Source of the DNA: Cetorhinus maximus
Lineage: Eukaryota
Assembly (NCBI RefSeq): GCF_964194155.1
Contig: NC_135879.1
Coordinates: forward strand, 38,378,001 to 38,442,000
Direction: 5' to 3'
DNA length: 64,000 nucleotides
A model generated the notes under the pieces. The model saw only the letters and a program-made list of their open reading frames with translations, did not search any database and was not told the DNA's origin. The position numbers and the translations under genes are program-made. Of the stretch, positions 1 through 13,086 are shown piece by piece; the first letter of the stretch is position 1, and each line of letters opens with the position of its first letter.

Positions 1-520
1 GCTGGAAATACTCAATTCAGGCGGCATCTGTGGAGAGAGAAGCAGAGTTAATGTTTCAGGTCAATGACCTGTCATCAGAACTGGAAAAAGAGACGTAACA
101 GTTTTTAAGTAAGTACAGAGGCAGGGAAAACGGGAGGGGAGAAAAGGGTAAAAGGGAAGGTCTGCGATGGTGGAAAGCAGGAGAGATTAAATGGCAAAAG
201 GGATGATGATTCAAGGCAAAAGGGGTTGGTAATGGATGTTAAAAGAAACAAAAGATGGGACGAGAGGAGGTGTAAATGTAAGAGAGTGGGAGAGGCGGTG
301 TAAATATCAGAATGCTGTCTGAAAAATGGGAGCAGTGGTTATGTTCTGAAGGACTTCCATAAAACTGTTACATTTCTAATGTTTTTTCAATTCCAATGCA
401 AGTCATTGACCTGAAATATGAACTTTGTTTCTATCTCTTCAAATGCTGCCTAACGTGTGTATTTCCAGCAATTTCTGTTTTTATTTCAGATTTCCAGCAT
501 CCATGGTATTTTGCTTTTGT
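1..520. mobile_element. Penelope-like element terminal (pLTR) inverted-repeat relic
   Basis: 1-82 is an imperfect reverse complement of ~391-470. Same terminal motif (gctggaaa..ctcag; ..atttccagcatcc) as 13087-13876 and 40512-40707. Confidence 0.7.
46..82 (-). ncRNA. Minimal type I hammerhead ribozyme motif (Penelope-type)
   Basis: Minus strand reads agtt-CTGATGA-C-AGGTC-ATT-GACCT-GAAA-CA-TT-aact: intact CUGAUGA and GAAA, 5-bp stem II, stem I agtt/aact. Confidence 0.65.
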
Positions 521-1030
521 ATTAGAGCATTAGAGAGTTGAGTGTGGAACTGACAGCATACGATGTGCTGAGGAAGAGGAGGGCAGTTTTATGGAACGGA
601 TGTAGCTGGAAAACACAGGATCTAAAGACTCGCTCAGGTTCGATTCGGACGCCAATGTTACAAATGGTGCGAATTGAGACCATAGCTAGTAAGGAAGGAT
701 GGAATTGGTGGCAAGGGTATTGCATTCCTGATGAGGTCTGATGACAATAACTTCAGCCTTCCCAATGGCTGCTGGATCAAATTACGGTTCACCCAAGACT
801 AGATGTCAAACAGTTTGTCAACACAAAGGCAGCGGGTCACAACTGGTGGTAGGGAGTTAGAACTGGGACTAATTAAGTAATTAGAACGATCATGTTTCTT
901 ATTGAAATGGTTTCTTTGCAGTTTATCTCACTTTTCTTCTCTCTAAATCTGATCTTATCACAGGTCCCAGACAAAAATTTGCAAATAAGTAAATTGGATA
1001 CAATACAATAATTTCCTGTTCCCGAGACCA

Positions 1031-1689
1031 GGGTTTTTTACTGAGCGGGCGGGCGCGCGCCTGACCCACTCGAGCGTTAAATGACGTGCGATGACTTCAG
1101 GCCAGCGTCCTGACGTCATCACACACTCGCATGATATTTTGGTTGGCGGGTGCGCGGAGTTGGCAGCGCGCCCGCCGACAATTAACAGGCCTATTAAGGC
1201 CATTAACAATGCAATTGATTTAAATTTTTCGCTGCCCGTCCAATCATACGATTGATGGGCAGGCGAAAAGGCCAGGCAGTCTTTGCATTTTTAGTGAAAC
1301 CTTATCCACGGACGGGATGAGGTTTTGATCCGTAATTTAAAAAATAAAAAATAAAATTCACCCTAATTTCTAACATGTCCCTGCTCACGTGACAGAGTCA
1401 TGTTTGTTAACATTTTAAAAATCTTTATTTTTCATTTTGAAAACTGTTCATCTCCCTGAGGCAGCTCTATGCCTCAGGGAGCTTTTCCAGCGTGCACCCG
1501 CATGCATGCGCGAACTTACGCACTCGCCCTCCTCCCCTCCACACGGGCAGCGCTGCAGTGCACGTTTGACACTGAGCGGGCCTTAATTGGCTCACCAGCA
1601 TGAAATCGCGGTCCGGCTCTGATCGCGGGCGGCGGCCGGCTTTCCACCCGCCCTCGTCGAGCCCGCCCGGCAAGGGCAAAATTCTGCCC
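1031..1689. mobile_element. Harbinger-type MITE, multi-hairpin family, copy 1
   Basis: Right TIR aaaattctgccc, left TIR degenerate. Homologous to 50197-50874 and, inverted, to 54096-54800. CpG-rich ends. Confidence 0.8.
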
Positions 1690-2639
1690 CTAGAATTACT
1701 TGCTTGACCTTTTGTTTTATAGCTAGCTGTAACATTATAAACGTTTGATCTATAGCTCCTAAATATGTGTACAATATTAATCTTTTAAAATATTATTTTC
1801 TGTTAATTAAAATCGATTTTTAGCTAAACAAATGTAAACGGCTTGCAAGTATATAAAAGGAAGGGATCCTACTCAGAAACTAATTAATCTGATAGTTTTT
1901 GTAGAACATGCCCCAACATGACCGAGGTTACATGCCAGACCATAATAATCAGTAGACATGCTTCCTTTCCATCTGCATTTTAAAGTGCTCTTCCTACGTA
2001 ATTTGGCAGCCGTTTAGTTAACATAAAATAGAAGATTTTGTCCTAAACGGCTGACTAAATCTTTCATCTGAAACCAAATGTCATCAACATGGAATTTTCT
2101 GAATGACTTAATGTTGCACAACAGTGTGGGTAGTGAATGATGCATAGACTAATTTATAATACAATGTCCGCTGAACCACCAGTTTAACAAAAACAAAGCC
2201 AGTGCTGTATCAAAAAGGAAATTAGAAATATCAAGTGGCTATTATGAAGGCTAATCTTTGAAGATCCGCTAGGAATTAAATGAGCTCTACTGTGTCCCAT
2301 TAAAAAGGAATGTGGTGATTTTTCAGTTAATAAAGTGTTATTTCTTTTTGAGAACTATCCTGTGCTCATTCTGTGAGATGGATGCTGAGATAAATTACTG
2401 AATGGGTCTCACTACATTTAACAGGTATTTTTATCAAACCCTATAACCTGACATCAACTAGCTCTTTAAGATCTAACAAGCATAATTGCCATTAATGGGA
2501 AAGGAACCTCTCAGGATAAGTATCAGTCATGGCATATATGAGCTTTTAATGGGCCTTAGATATTTAATTATTTTGAAACAATTGAAGTAAAGCATTCTTA
2601 AAATGCTAGTATCAGTAATAATGACCATGAAACTGCTAG

Positions 2640-2772
2640 GTTGTCATAAAAACCCTCTGGTTCACTAATATCCTTAACGGGAAGGAAATCTGCTGCCCTC
2701 ACTTACTGTGGTCTATGTGTAATTTCAGAAATGTGGTTGACTCTTAATTGCCCTCTGAAATGGCCTAACAGT
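2640..2772 (+). mobile_element. SINE/LINE-associated repeat fragment
   Basis: ctggttcactaa..ggaaggaaatctgc..gtggttgactcttaattgccctctgaaatggcc. The last motif recurs at ~38920-38960, ahead of the gcaa(t/c)aaatgctggcc tail. Confidence 0.5.
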
Positions 2773-2959
2773 GGGTGACTTGAACGTTTCTGTATTCTCT
2801 CCTAGAAAAAAATAAATTAAGCTTGTTTTTATGTTTATGTGGCCCCTGACTGATTTTGTCTATGTGTGATTGGCTCCTCATAAGAGAAAGGTTCCCCAAT
2901 CCTGACCTGGACACTGGAAAAGACAAAGGCACACTCTGCCCAGTTGACTCTGAAATATC

Positions 2960-3579
2960 CTCCCCACTAACATTTGCGGCTAAAATGGGAGAGCTAACCC
3001 CCAGGCTAGTCAAGCAACAGCCTGATACAGTCGTACTCACCAAATCATACCTAACAGCCAATGCCCCAGACTCCTCCATCACCATCCCTAGGTGTGTCCT
3101 GTCTCACTGCCTGGACAGACCCACGAGAGGTGGTGGCACAGTGGTATGTAGTCAGGACGGAGTGACCCTGAGAGTCCTCAGCATCGATCCTGGACCCCAT
3201 GAAGTCACATGGCATCAGGCTGAACACAGGCAAGGAAACCTCCTATTGATCACACCGCCACCTAAAGCCCTCCATCAGCTGATGAGTCAGTACCTCTCCC
3301 TGTTGAACACCATATGGAAGAAGCACTGAGGGTAGCAAGGGCACAGAATGACCCTGGGTGGGGACCTCAGTATCTATCACCAAGTGTGGCTCGTTAGCAT
3401 CGCTAATGATCGAGCTGGCCGAGTTCTGAATGACATATCTGTCAGACTGGGCCTGTGGCAGGTGGTGGGAGAACAACGAGACGTAAAAACCTACTTGATC
3501 TCATTCTCACCAATCTACCTGTCATAGATGCATCCGTCCATGACAGCACTCATGACCACACCGTCCTTGTGGAGACAAG
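2960..3579 (+). pseudogene. Non-LTR retrotransposon (CR1/L2 group) APE endonuclease fragment
   Basis: ORF 2856-3329: LVKQQPDTVVLTKSYL...DRPTRGGGTVV...GNLLLIT, matching APE motifs PDxVxLTE and DR..RGGG. Ends at a Harbinger TIR. Confidence 0.75.
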
Positions 3580-4677
3580 GGGCGGAATTTTCCGATCCCG
3601 CTGGCGCCGGGCGTGATGGGCAGCATGCACGGAAAATATGTCGCGACCTGCTTCACGACGGCGTGAAGGCAGGTTGTGATCATCCGCTCAGCGCACCAAT
3701 GGTGGGCCGCATTTCCCACCATCGATTGTCAGGGAGCTAATTGTAATACACCAGCATATAATTAAAAGGCCATCCCGCCAGGCTCTTTGAACCCCACTGT
3801 ATCATCCATCCACGTCAGCGGGAAAGCACGTCGATGTGTTTCCCAACAGCACACAGGTGACATGCACTTGGCAGCCTTCACTTCAGGGGAACTGAGGTGA
3901 ATGAGCAGTTACGTTCTCCACAACTTGCCTGTTGTTTACAAGCCCCGGGGCACCGGTGGGGGGGCGGTAGCAACTGATGTCTGGCCACTGAGGCGACTGC
4001 TGGGGGTGGGGGGGTGTCCAGGGGCAAGTGCTGGCCAGCCTCGGAGGCGAATGTTGTCAGTGGCGGGGGGGGGGGGGGGGGGGGTGTGGTCAAGTGCTGC
4101 CCTGGCGCTGCATCCTGCACACAAGGGAATCGAGGTGAGGGGCAGGGTAAGCAAGGGAAATGAAATGGCCACGCATTAGGGACACCTGTAAAACCTGACC
4201 ATGCTTCTGCAACTGAGACAGATCAGGCACAGCCACAGTGATATGATTGGGTCGGGCTCCTAGCCTGCCATGCAAGCAACGCAGAGGCACCAAAGGACCA
4301 CCAAGCACTCCATACCTTACCCCCACTACCCCCAACTCGGCACAGGCTTCAAGTCTGCCACTACTTTAATGAACCACAGAGCAGTTGGACTGCACACGTT
4401 GTACAATCTCCTCCCCAACGTTGGCCATGTAACAGTCACTGCTGGAGGTGCTCACAGCCCCTTGCAATCTCGGCATCCCAGTTTGGACCAGTGCCCTCCG
4501 TGTCGCAGGTTGACAGGGCAGCCATGCAGCGCACTCATCTCCGGCCATTAGAGGGGTGACCAGCACTCTGGGAAGCATTAAGGGGCAGCCACACAGGGCC
4601 AAGAAGGGTGCTAAGTACAGCCATGGTAACCACGTCTCTCTCTGTCTTTCATGCTGCAGGAGGACCACGTCAGGATC

Positions 4678-5491
4678 ATGGATCCTGGTGACCTAGCTGT
4701 ATGCCTGATGGCCTACAGAGACCGTAATAGACTGAGGAGAGAGTGACTGAGGCTCCTGGCTGCGCAAAGGCAGGAGCAGCAGCTTCATGAAGAAGGGGCA
4801 GCAGGGGCTCCTGCACATGCTGCTCAGAAACGACAGTGAGCTGTGGCTGCTCGGCGCCTAACGACACCCAGGGTCTATAGACGCCGCCTGCCATTCCTGC
4901 AGATGACTGCAAACCAGTGTCGCCGATGACTGCACATGCCTAGGGACCTCGTGGCTCACATCTGCCACTTATTGCAGGACTTGGCACCAAGGGGACATGG
5001 AGGGCATCCACTGCCAGTGGCTGTGAAAGTGACTGCGGCGCTAAATTTCTATGCCAGTGACTCCTTTCGGGGCTCCACAGGTGACCTCTGTGGGATTTCG
5101 CAAGCCGCTACCCACAAATGCATCCACGAGGTCACACATGCCATTTTCTCCATGGCACACAACTTCGTGCGTTTCGTCGAGGACCGGGACAACCAGGATG
5201 CAAAGGCCATTGGATTTGCCCTGATCTCGGGATTCCTACGGGTACAGGGTGCAATTGACTGCACTTGTGGAGTTCAGGTCTCCGGTCGCTACACTCAGTG
5301 GACTTCATCAACTACAAGGGCTTCCACTCACTGAATGTGCAGCTGGTGTGCGACCACCAGAAATTCATCCTGCAGGTGTGCGCACGGTTTCCAGGGACCG
5401 TGCATGACGCCTACATCCTGAGTCGCTCGCAGAGCCCTGCAGTCTTCAAGGGTCCACAGAGGCTGCAGGGTTGGCTCCTTGGGGACAAGGG
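4678..5491 (+). pseudogene. Harbinger (HARBI1-like) DDE transposase, frameshifted and truncated
   Basis: ALNFYASDSF..GDLCGISQ..GFLRVQGAIDCT / FINYKGFHSLNVQLVCD..ARFPGTVHDAYIL..GWLLGDKG. Splice acceptor tgctgcag at ~4659 upstream of the ATG. Confidence 0.92.
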
Positions 5492-6080
5492 ACTTCAGGG
5501 AGGGTGTCTTCAGATTCCTCTTCGGAGGTTTCTGCGGGGCTTGATTAGAGGCCCTGGGTCATGGGCTCTGTCGGCTGTTTGACAGATGTGCCTGCAAAAG
5601 CAAGGGAAGATAATTAGTACATGGCCTGTGAAGGAGGACACATCACTCACAGCATGGTTGCCTGATGGATGTTGCACTGCTGGATCCTCACTTGGTAGAA
5701 TAGCGCCGACCTCACCGTCAGCACAGGACCGGTCCCTGTCATCGCCGGCCAGCTGGATGGCTCTGTTTTCAAATTCTGTCAGAACTTTGATTTCTGGCAT
5801 CCCTCCACCTGTCTGCGATCTTTCCTTCCTGTTGTGTGCCAGTGTGTACTGCATGAATAGAGATGGGGAGAGTGTATCAGGACGCCTGCCGGGCCAGATG
5901 ATAAGTGTACCTGGCCGGTGTGGGTGGTGAGTATCCCCATGGATGGGATGAGGACAATGACGATGTGTGTGAAAGAGTGAATGGTGATGTCCCTTGCACT
6001 GGCAGTGAGTGAGGGCCCTGTGGATGTGTGATGGGTTTGTGAGTGTGTGAGTTGGGAGTGATGAAAAGAGTGACTTATAT
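5492..6080 (-). pseudogene. Harbinger Myb/SANT-like gene remnant (intron 1, exon 2, start of exon 3)
   Basis: LAHNRKERSQTGGGMPEIKVLTEFENRAIQLAG, homologous to exon 2 at 58854-59050. Confidence 0.75.
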
Positions 6081-6089
6081 TGCTGTTCC

Positions 6090-6270
6090 TTCACTGCCAC
6101 TGGTCCAAAATCCTGAAACTCCCTAACTGCACTGTAGAGATGTACCTAGACCACATGGACTGCAGCAGTTCAAGTTGATAGCCTTCCAACACTTTTTCAA
6201 GGGACGATTAGCCTAGGGCAATAAATGTTGGCTTTGTCAGTGACACTCACATACCGAGAACATATAAAAA
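6090..6270 (+). mobile_element. LINE 3' tail (gggcaataaatgctggcc family)
   Basis: Same tail occurs at ~31490-31560, ~38970-39040 and, reversed, at ~43870, ~52450 and ~61925. Confidence 0.65.
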
Positions 6271-7088
6271 GAAAAATTATTTTGTCATCTGCAATTTTTG
6301 GATAAGGCTGGAAGCCTCTCAAAGGTATCATATAATAATTAAGAAAAATACTTTAATAAAGAAGTGAGGCTGGAATCTCCCTCTCCATTTCAATACGGCT
6401 TATTTTAAATGGATTAGTTGCTGCTTAAAAGGTATGTACTGGACTGAAGAACAAATTGAAGCCTTTTTGCCCATTACAAAATGTTTATTATATTCTTTAT
6501 AAATCAGCAAAATGAAAATTAGCTTTTCTTCACTCATCTATGGATCTCCATAGAATACACTTTACACAGTGGGATATTAAATAGTTACTTCAGATGCATC
6601 GCTTCAAGGAATGTTTGTTAATTTTTTTGTCCCTGGGTATAGTTCTCCACTGTTTGGTCAGTTTAACATTTTGGTCAGATGCAGACAGAAAGGCTGGGAG
6701 ATGTCCTTTGAACTTCACAAGCCGTATATGTGACAATCTAAATTTTTGCACTTATATATTGGAACAAAGGACATTAAAAATAAACTGCTGGTCCTCTAGC
6801 ACACAAAATATTCTGGTAAACCATATTACAGTGGGAACCATATTACATTACTCCCTGATCAATTTTGCATTTTGATAATTTTGGCTGGGTAAATTCACAC
6901 TCTGATTCATTGGGCACACTTATAGCAATGGGGAGATTAAACCAAAGGAAAATATTTGGCATGAAAACCCAGAGACATAACATGCGTGTATTAGCTGAAC
7001 TTCACCTCTTAAAGATGCAAAAGTAGGGAACAAATATCAAGAGAAACACCATCTAATCATCAAAATAATGGTCATAACTAAGCAGAGA

Positions 7089-9200
7089 GGCTGGGACTCT
7101 CATATGTTTCAATGTGTGTTCATGTGCAGGGATTAAGGCATGTTAAGCCCCCAGAGAGGAAGACATGGAGACCTTGTTGTCTATCCATCCATTTCCTGGA
7201 TCGTGTATAGTAGAATTTTTCACTTTCTTCAGGAAGAGAAATGGGCCATGAAATTTAATTGCTTCGATTTTTGAGAACAGGGACCACAGTTGATGGCATG
7301 CTTGCACCTGTTAAGACTGAGGTGAAAAAGACACAAAATTGGTCTACCCACCTCATCTGAATATTTCTGCATAGGAATCTGTTCCACCAGCACTGGTTTT
7401 CTCCTCTCACCATTGCTGGCCTGGTCTGCACACACAAAGTTGCACCAGCAGCGTTGCTCCCTAATCATGTGGTACAGGTACCCTGCTTTTTCTTAAAGAC
7501 AGGCTGCGCCTTAAAGGGAAGGTGGCAGAAGAAAGATTGCCACAGTGAAAAGTGTTGGAAATTAACAGCAAGCAGGACACACAACAGGTTCCAGACTGGC
7601 TGATGTGGCACTGTATGCATTAGTGGTGCAGGAGGAAAGATGCCATGTTCCCACAAGGGGCCACGAGACCACCAATGGCCACTCTCAAAAGAGAGTGGGA
7701 GCAGGTGGCCAAGGAGGATAACTGCTGCAGCCTGGACCCGAGGATCTGGCAGCAGTGCCACAAGAGATCCAATGACCTTGCACGGATGGTCAACATCAGT
7801 GAATACGACTTCACAAGAATTCTTATACTCACTGCTCTACCAAATTGTCACGCTATTCAATGCACCGTACCTCTACCTTTCATCCATCAGCAGTCCCCAG
7901 CAATCAGGACTCAGCCTAACATTCAGATATTCCACTTCACACACCACTCCTGCTACTTCCACTTATCTCCAGCTATTCAGCTATGACAGGCACACCAACA
8001 AAACACAATCATCACAATCACTGACATTCTTCTCTTTCTCCCATTGGACAAGGTCACCTCGTACAGAAGGAAGCAGAGCAGAAACCATCACGCCTGGATC
8101 CCTTGAGTCCTACGGTGGAGATGGTTCTTCGTATCATGAGCCAGCAGTGATAGAGCCCATGGCATCCGGTATTGCTGAGAACATTTGAGGACGATGGTAT
8201 ATTACTACATTATGTCCCTTTTAAACTCCCTGATCACCCTCAGTCTACAATTTGACATGTTGAGAAATCAGCAAATGTTGTGACCGTAGACCTCTTGCTT
8301 TCCACTCATCTGCTTTCCGCTCATTCCTCACCAACTTTCCCTACCTGATTTTCTGCTTTTTAACACCCATGATCTGCCTAAGGAGGAGGAGAGAGAGAAA
8401 CTAATGAAGAAGCCCCATCACTTCATCTGACACTCCCAACAACCAGCTCAGATATTGGCACTGCATGTACCTTGGAGGTTAGTGTACAGTTGGCATCAGG
8501 ATATGTTGTGTCATCCGAGCACGAGTGGGCTGCAGTCAGGCCAGGGTTAAGGACTGTTTCTTTTGCTATCTGTCCAGAAGGTGAAGTCACAGATGAGTTC
8601 TGTTGCTGAGGACTCAGATGAGGATCTCAGTGGGGTGGCATAGAAGAGAGCGGCATATGAGTATGCACACCATATCTATGGGTTCATTGGCTGACCTGCC
8701 AGACCTGTCACTGTTGAGGAGCATGGAGGAGTCTGGCTGCAAATTAACAGAGAGCATGGTGCAGAGCTTATCTTTTCTGTAGCCTCTCCTCCATGTCCCT
8801 GTGTTGCTGCAGATCCAGAGGCACTTCCCTCATTACTTCCCTCATACCTGGAGCAGCCTTTGTGTGGACAGTGCACCTCCTCCTCCCCTGCCATCCATGT
8901 GAGTATGCAGCAACACTCCCTGGCAAAAGCATCAAGCCTTCCCAAACACACTCCTGAGTACTTTCAGACACTTTCCAGCGGAAGAGGTTCCATAAATTTT
9001 ACTTACCTGCAATCAGGGTGCCTAGCCCTATAAATAGTGCTACAGCAGGACCCATCTTGCTGTTTCACACTTTTTTAAGAACGGAGAACGCAGGCATTGC
9101 CAAGACCTCCATTGTCCAATTTTGGTATCCCAGTATCACTTCAGCCGGTTGGGCTGCATGATGTCAGGAAAGTGTAGTTTCTACATGTTTGGATGTAGGC
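7089..9200. mobile_element. Old Harbinger relic with a Myb-like exon
   Basis: 7640-7790 reads MFPQGATRPPMATLKREWEQVAKEDNCCSLDPRIWQQCHKRSNDL (Myb/SANT W...QC.KR.NDL). gggctgg start at ~7089. Confidence 0.6.
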
Positions 9201-10004
9201 AGGGGGCACAGCTGTGCACACCTATATCAAAGATGAACACCATGAAGGCCGTGCAGGTAGTGACCTGCAGCAGTGCCTGCCTCTGAAGAATTGAGGCAAG
9301 TCTGTGTAGTACCACATCACTACACGACTGAATTTCTCACTCATACTCTTTCTTATGTTGTCAAGTTCAATGATGCTGAAGGTCTCTGCAATATCTTTGA
9401 CCCTGTAATGATGTAACTGGCCTCCAGGAGGCATCGAGTAATCTTTGAAATCAATAAGTAAAAGAAAACATTTAGAGAAAAATATTTCTGGATGAGTGCA
9501 GTTAGATTGGGCTTGTGACAACAATGTCAGCTTTATAAACATATGCACTAAACACCCACCTGTCAGCTGAAGTTAGCTGCAGTAAACTGGCTGGCAAGGA
9601 GTTATGTTGCCTGATGGAAGCCAAGAATCCCAGCCTAAAGTAGACCAAAAAAATGGCTACTTATCTCACCCCACATTTTGTAGAAAAGGCAGATTAGGTA
9701 ACAGACTGACTCAGTCCTTACTGTTAGAGGGTTACGTTAGATATCGAAACAGTTTGTTATGGGAAGAAAGCTATTAGGAATTAATGATGGCAGTCAAAGA
9801 AGAATTCTGGAAATAGAAAATGTTGGTCTGAATATTTCAGGTCAGTGTTCCATTTTTCTCATAATTACCTAATCTGCCAATTCTGTTAAACTTGGCCCAC
9901 TTTACACTGCAACTTGTGGCAGTCTAAGTAATATCAATTTAAATAAGGAGTGTTCAGTGGTTTTGTATATTGTCCCTTTATCTCTGGGTTTGCTTTGACT
10001 CCAA

Positions 10005-10807
10005 GGGCAGGACTTTCCCTTGGGCTTTGGGACCCCAGTGTTGGGACCAAATGGGGGTTCCTAGCTTGCATTTGCTGGAGGTGGCCTCCTGATTGGTACC
10101 CTCTGCTCTCGCCATCCTAATAATGCCAGCAGGCAGACTCTCGATGCTGCCAGAAATTCTAAACCCTGGGAAAGGTGGGTGCTGCTGAGGCAGGGTTCGG
10201 GGGGTAGGGGGAGGGGGAGAGGGTGGTAGGATGGGTCAGGGGTTAGGATGGGTTGGGTATCGGGTGGTGGAGGGTAATCAGGGGGTCAGGAGGGTAGTCT
10301 GGGGTGGGGGTAGTCAGGGTATCGGATGAGTAGTTGGAGAGTACAGGGTTAATCGGAGGTAGTTGGGGATGGCTTAGTCGGGAGGGTGGGGGTTTAGTCA
10401 GAGGGGTAGGGAGGGTATTTGGAGGGGGGTGTAGTCAGGTGTTGCAGTGGGGGTAGTCAGGGTTGGGGAATTGGGTGGGGGTTTGGGGGGTTAGTCGGGG
10501 AGGTAGGGGGTATTTGGGGAGTGGGAGTGTAATCATGGGTAGGGGGTCACTAGTTACCTAGGAGTTAGAAGTGGTTTTAACCCTTCTAACTTTTCCTGCA
10601 TAGCTATACTGCTAAGAGAGTCAGAAGCATCCAAAGTCTCCGATTTACATCAGAGTATCAGAAGATTCCCAGTGCAGAGTAAATGCCCATCAGAAGTTTG
10701 AAATTCCCAGGCAATTGTCATGCAGTCCTTGCATGGGGATTTCCAGGGAATAATTTTCTGGGGTACCTCTGGGGCACGACTCCTCAGAGATTGGAGGTCC
10801 TGGGCCC
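10005..10807. mobile_element. Probable Harbinger-type MITE with internal G-rich tract
   Basis: Ends gggcaggactt / ggtcctgggccc. G-rich ggg(g)tagtc repeats at 10196-10548. 3' half homologous to 32960-33213. Confidence 0.65.
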
Positions 10808-11665
10808 TTATATTTTTAAACAAAGAGACTATTTAAAAGACGAGTTTGTGTGTGAGATTAAGAACAAATGACAGTTTACAACAGGTTAAACATCTGTTTT
10901 GGCTTTTGTTTTACGATCTATAAAGTTCAGAAAGCATGTTCAGGAAGCAGATTGTCTTTCCTCATTGTAATTTGAGTTAATTTTTCAAACAAGATTAGGT
11001 GAATTTTGAAGCAAACAACTATTGAGTATAATCCATTCTATGTTAAATTGGCAGAAAAGCCTCAGATTATTATCTGTGTTCATTTAAATATACAAGCTCC
11101 ATTCTCTTCCCAGAGGACCATTTTTCCTAATATTGCCTCTGAGCAACATGGATGTGTCTGGAGCATGAGCTCGGTGCATGAACTTTAATCCGGGAAAGTC
11201 CAGCAAGGTTGGGCAATTTGTTGTCACTTCAATCCATGCATTGGGTAATGAGGTAGCCAACTGAAATTTTAAAGAATTATTCACGTATATTTACACAACT
11301 CCCTGTGCATTTATTTATCTGGCTTGAAAGAATGAAATAATTGCATTTAACGAGCATCTTTTATGACCCCAAATCATTTCACAGTAAATAAAGTTCTTTT
11401 TTTGAACACTTTTTATCTTGAGAATTTTCTTCTGCAATCACTAGAATTATTCATTTGTATACAAAGAACACTCTGTTACCAATATCCTAAAATCCACAAC
11501 AAATGTAAAAATATTTCCACTGTGGCTACTACCTTAATTTTGTGGATTTTGCACTGTATGGAACAGTGAATTATAACACGAGTGGCTGTTGATAGATTTT
11601 GTAGCATCTTGAGAACCACATTAGCCAAATCAAAGCCGGAGTTTGTCCTTCTGTGGTCTACATAT

Positions 11666-12626
11666 TGTTACAATCTTGGTAGAGACCAGTAACTATTTTA
11701 AATAAAAGAAATACAATATCCCAGTTATTTACTAAAGAAATGAAGCCACAATATTCCTCAGTTCAAAACAGAAGAACTTTTACTATACAAGAACCAACCC
11801 AACAAACACTAAATATTTTCTGCTCTATGCTCTGATATCAAGCATAAACATGAGTTAAACATGAATTACCAGGCAAATTGTGGTTGAATATAAACTATAA
11901 TAACTAAGACAGATCTTATCAATTGGCTGAGCAGTCCACTCAGATTGTAGTGATTACACTTAGTCACAAAGTCCTCAAACTCTGGCCAGGATATCCTGCT
12001 CCCATGACTGGAAAATTTGGAGAGCAGTCAAAAGTCCATTGACTGTGGTTGGGAGATTACAGTCCCACCGCTGGCAGGACTGGAAAATCCTGCCCTTTGT
12101 CTTCTTCAAGAGGAATTTTAGCTCTGATCCTTTTACCAGCTAGCCTGATCCCCAGCCGACAGCAGTGCGCAACCCATCCGAGTTCCATAGGCACAGTCTT
12201 AATAGCCTTCACCACAAATGACACATATCTTCAGCACCTGCTCAACTTGGTCTGATTGTTACCTTTAAGTAACAGAAACAGCTGTACTAACTTATTCTCT
12301 TGGCTTATTCTCAGCTTCAGGATCTAGCCTCCTTCTTGATTCTTCTTCAGCTTGTCTGTTCTGTTCCAGTGGACTCAGCAACTGCTACTGCCCAGCTTGA
12401 ACTGATCTGTGTCCTTTTATATCTTTCAACAAGTTTTTGGTGTCAATTCCCCAACCTCAAAAACCTTTGTTTTTGGTTTCCTTAGAAACCGGGAAGTTCA
12501 GTTTCATTTCTAGGTTTACTTTTTCTGCTTCCCTTTCAGTTTCATTTTCAGTTTAGATTTCCGTCTTGAGGTAGGGTCTGCCTCAAAAACATTAAAATTA
12601 AATTTAAAAATATAGATTCCCTCACA
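11666..12626. mobile_element. Solo LTR (Gypsy-like)
   Basis: TG...CA termini (tgttac / ctcaca) flanked by a 4-bp direct repeat ATAT at 11662-11665 and 12627-12630. Confidence 0.6.
11984..12095. mobile_element. Short Harbinger-type MITE nested in the solo LTR
   Basis: TIRs ggccaggatatcc / ggaaaatcctgccc. Confidence 0.7.
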
Positions 12627-12974
12627 ATATTTATGAAAATGTGCTGTACTCTGCAAATACCTGCATGCCATGGCTGGAACTGTAGCAGAAGCCTAAATAT
12701 GAGACTCAGCATCCCTGCCGTCAGCCTTGGAGGGAATTAATAAAGACACAGCACTACAGTGACAAGCTGTAGGTGACACAATAGGAATGACAGGTTTGGA
12801 AATGCGGAATGCTGATGTGGTAATAGGAAGAGGTTGTTGATTTGACCATTAAGCTTCTCTTTTTATTCAAGGTGAGCTGGACTGTTTGCACAGTCAAGCA
12901 CAGAAGTCATTCTTGCTTTCTGGTAGGAAAACATTTGTTTATGGCTTAGGAGAGTGCAATGAATAAAATGTTCA

Positions 12975-13086
12975 CCCTGTGGCTCAGTTGGTAAAGGCAA
13001 GATGTAGGGTTATAGTAACCAGAAAATTCCAAGGGTTGATACTCATTCCTGATGGGTGTCTCTTAACCTATGCTGAAAGTTTAACA
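12975..13086 (+). mobile_element. tRNA-derived SINE head (interrupted)
   Basis: A-box-like TGGCTCAGTTGG at ~12980; B box degenerate. Confidence 0.45.

Larger units (their letters stand above)
3580..6085. mobile_element. PIF/Harbinger DNA transposon, internally deleted (copy A)
   Basis: Left TIR gggcggaattttcc. Transposase on + fused at ~5491 to a Myb-gene remnant on -. Confidence 0.85.

Noticed and set aside
4678-5491. Host HARBI1 gene
   Set aside because: It has stops, a frameshift and a truncation, lies next to a TIR and has paralogous relics in the window, so it is a transposon copy.
10698-10715. Next NUDT6 exon (KFPG motif)
   Set aside because: It lies inside a MITE, reads LKFPGN rather than WKFPGG, and has no suitable splice sites.
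12975-13050. tRNA gene
   Set aside because: Only an A box is evident and there is no cloverleaf; a SINE head.
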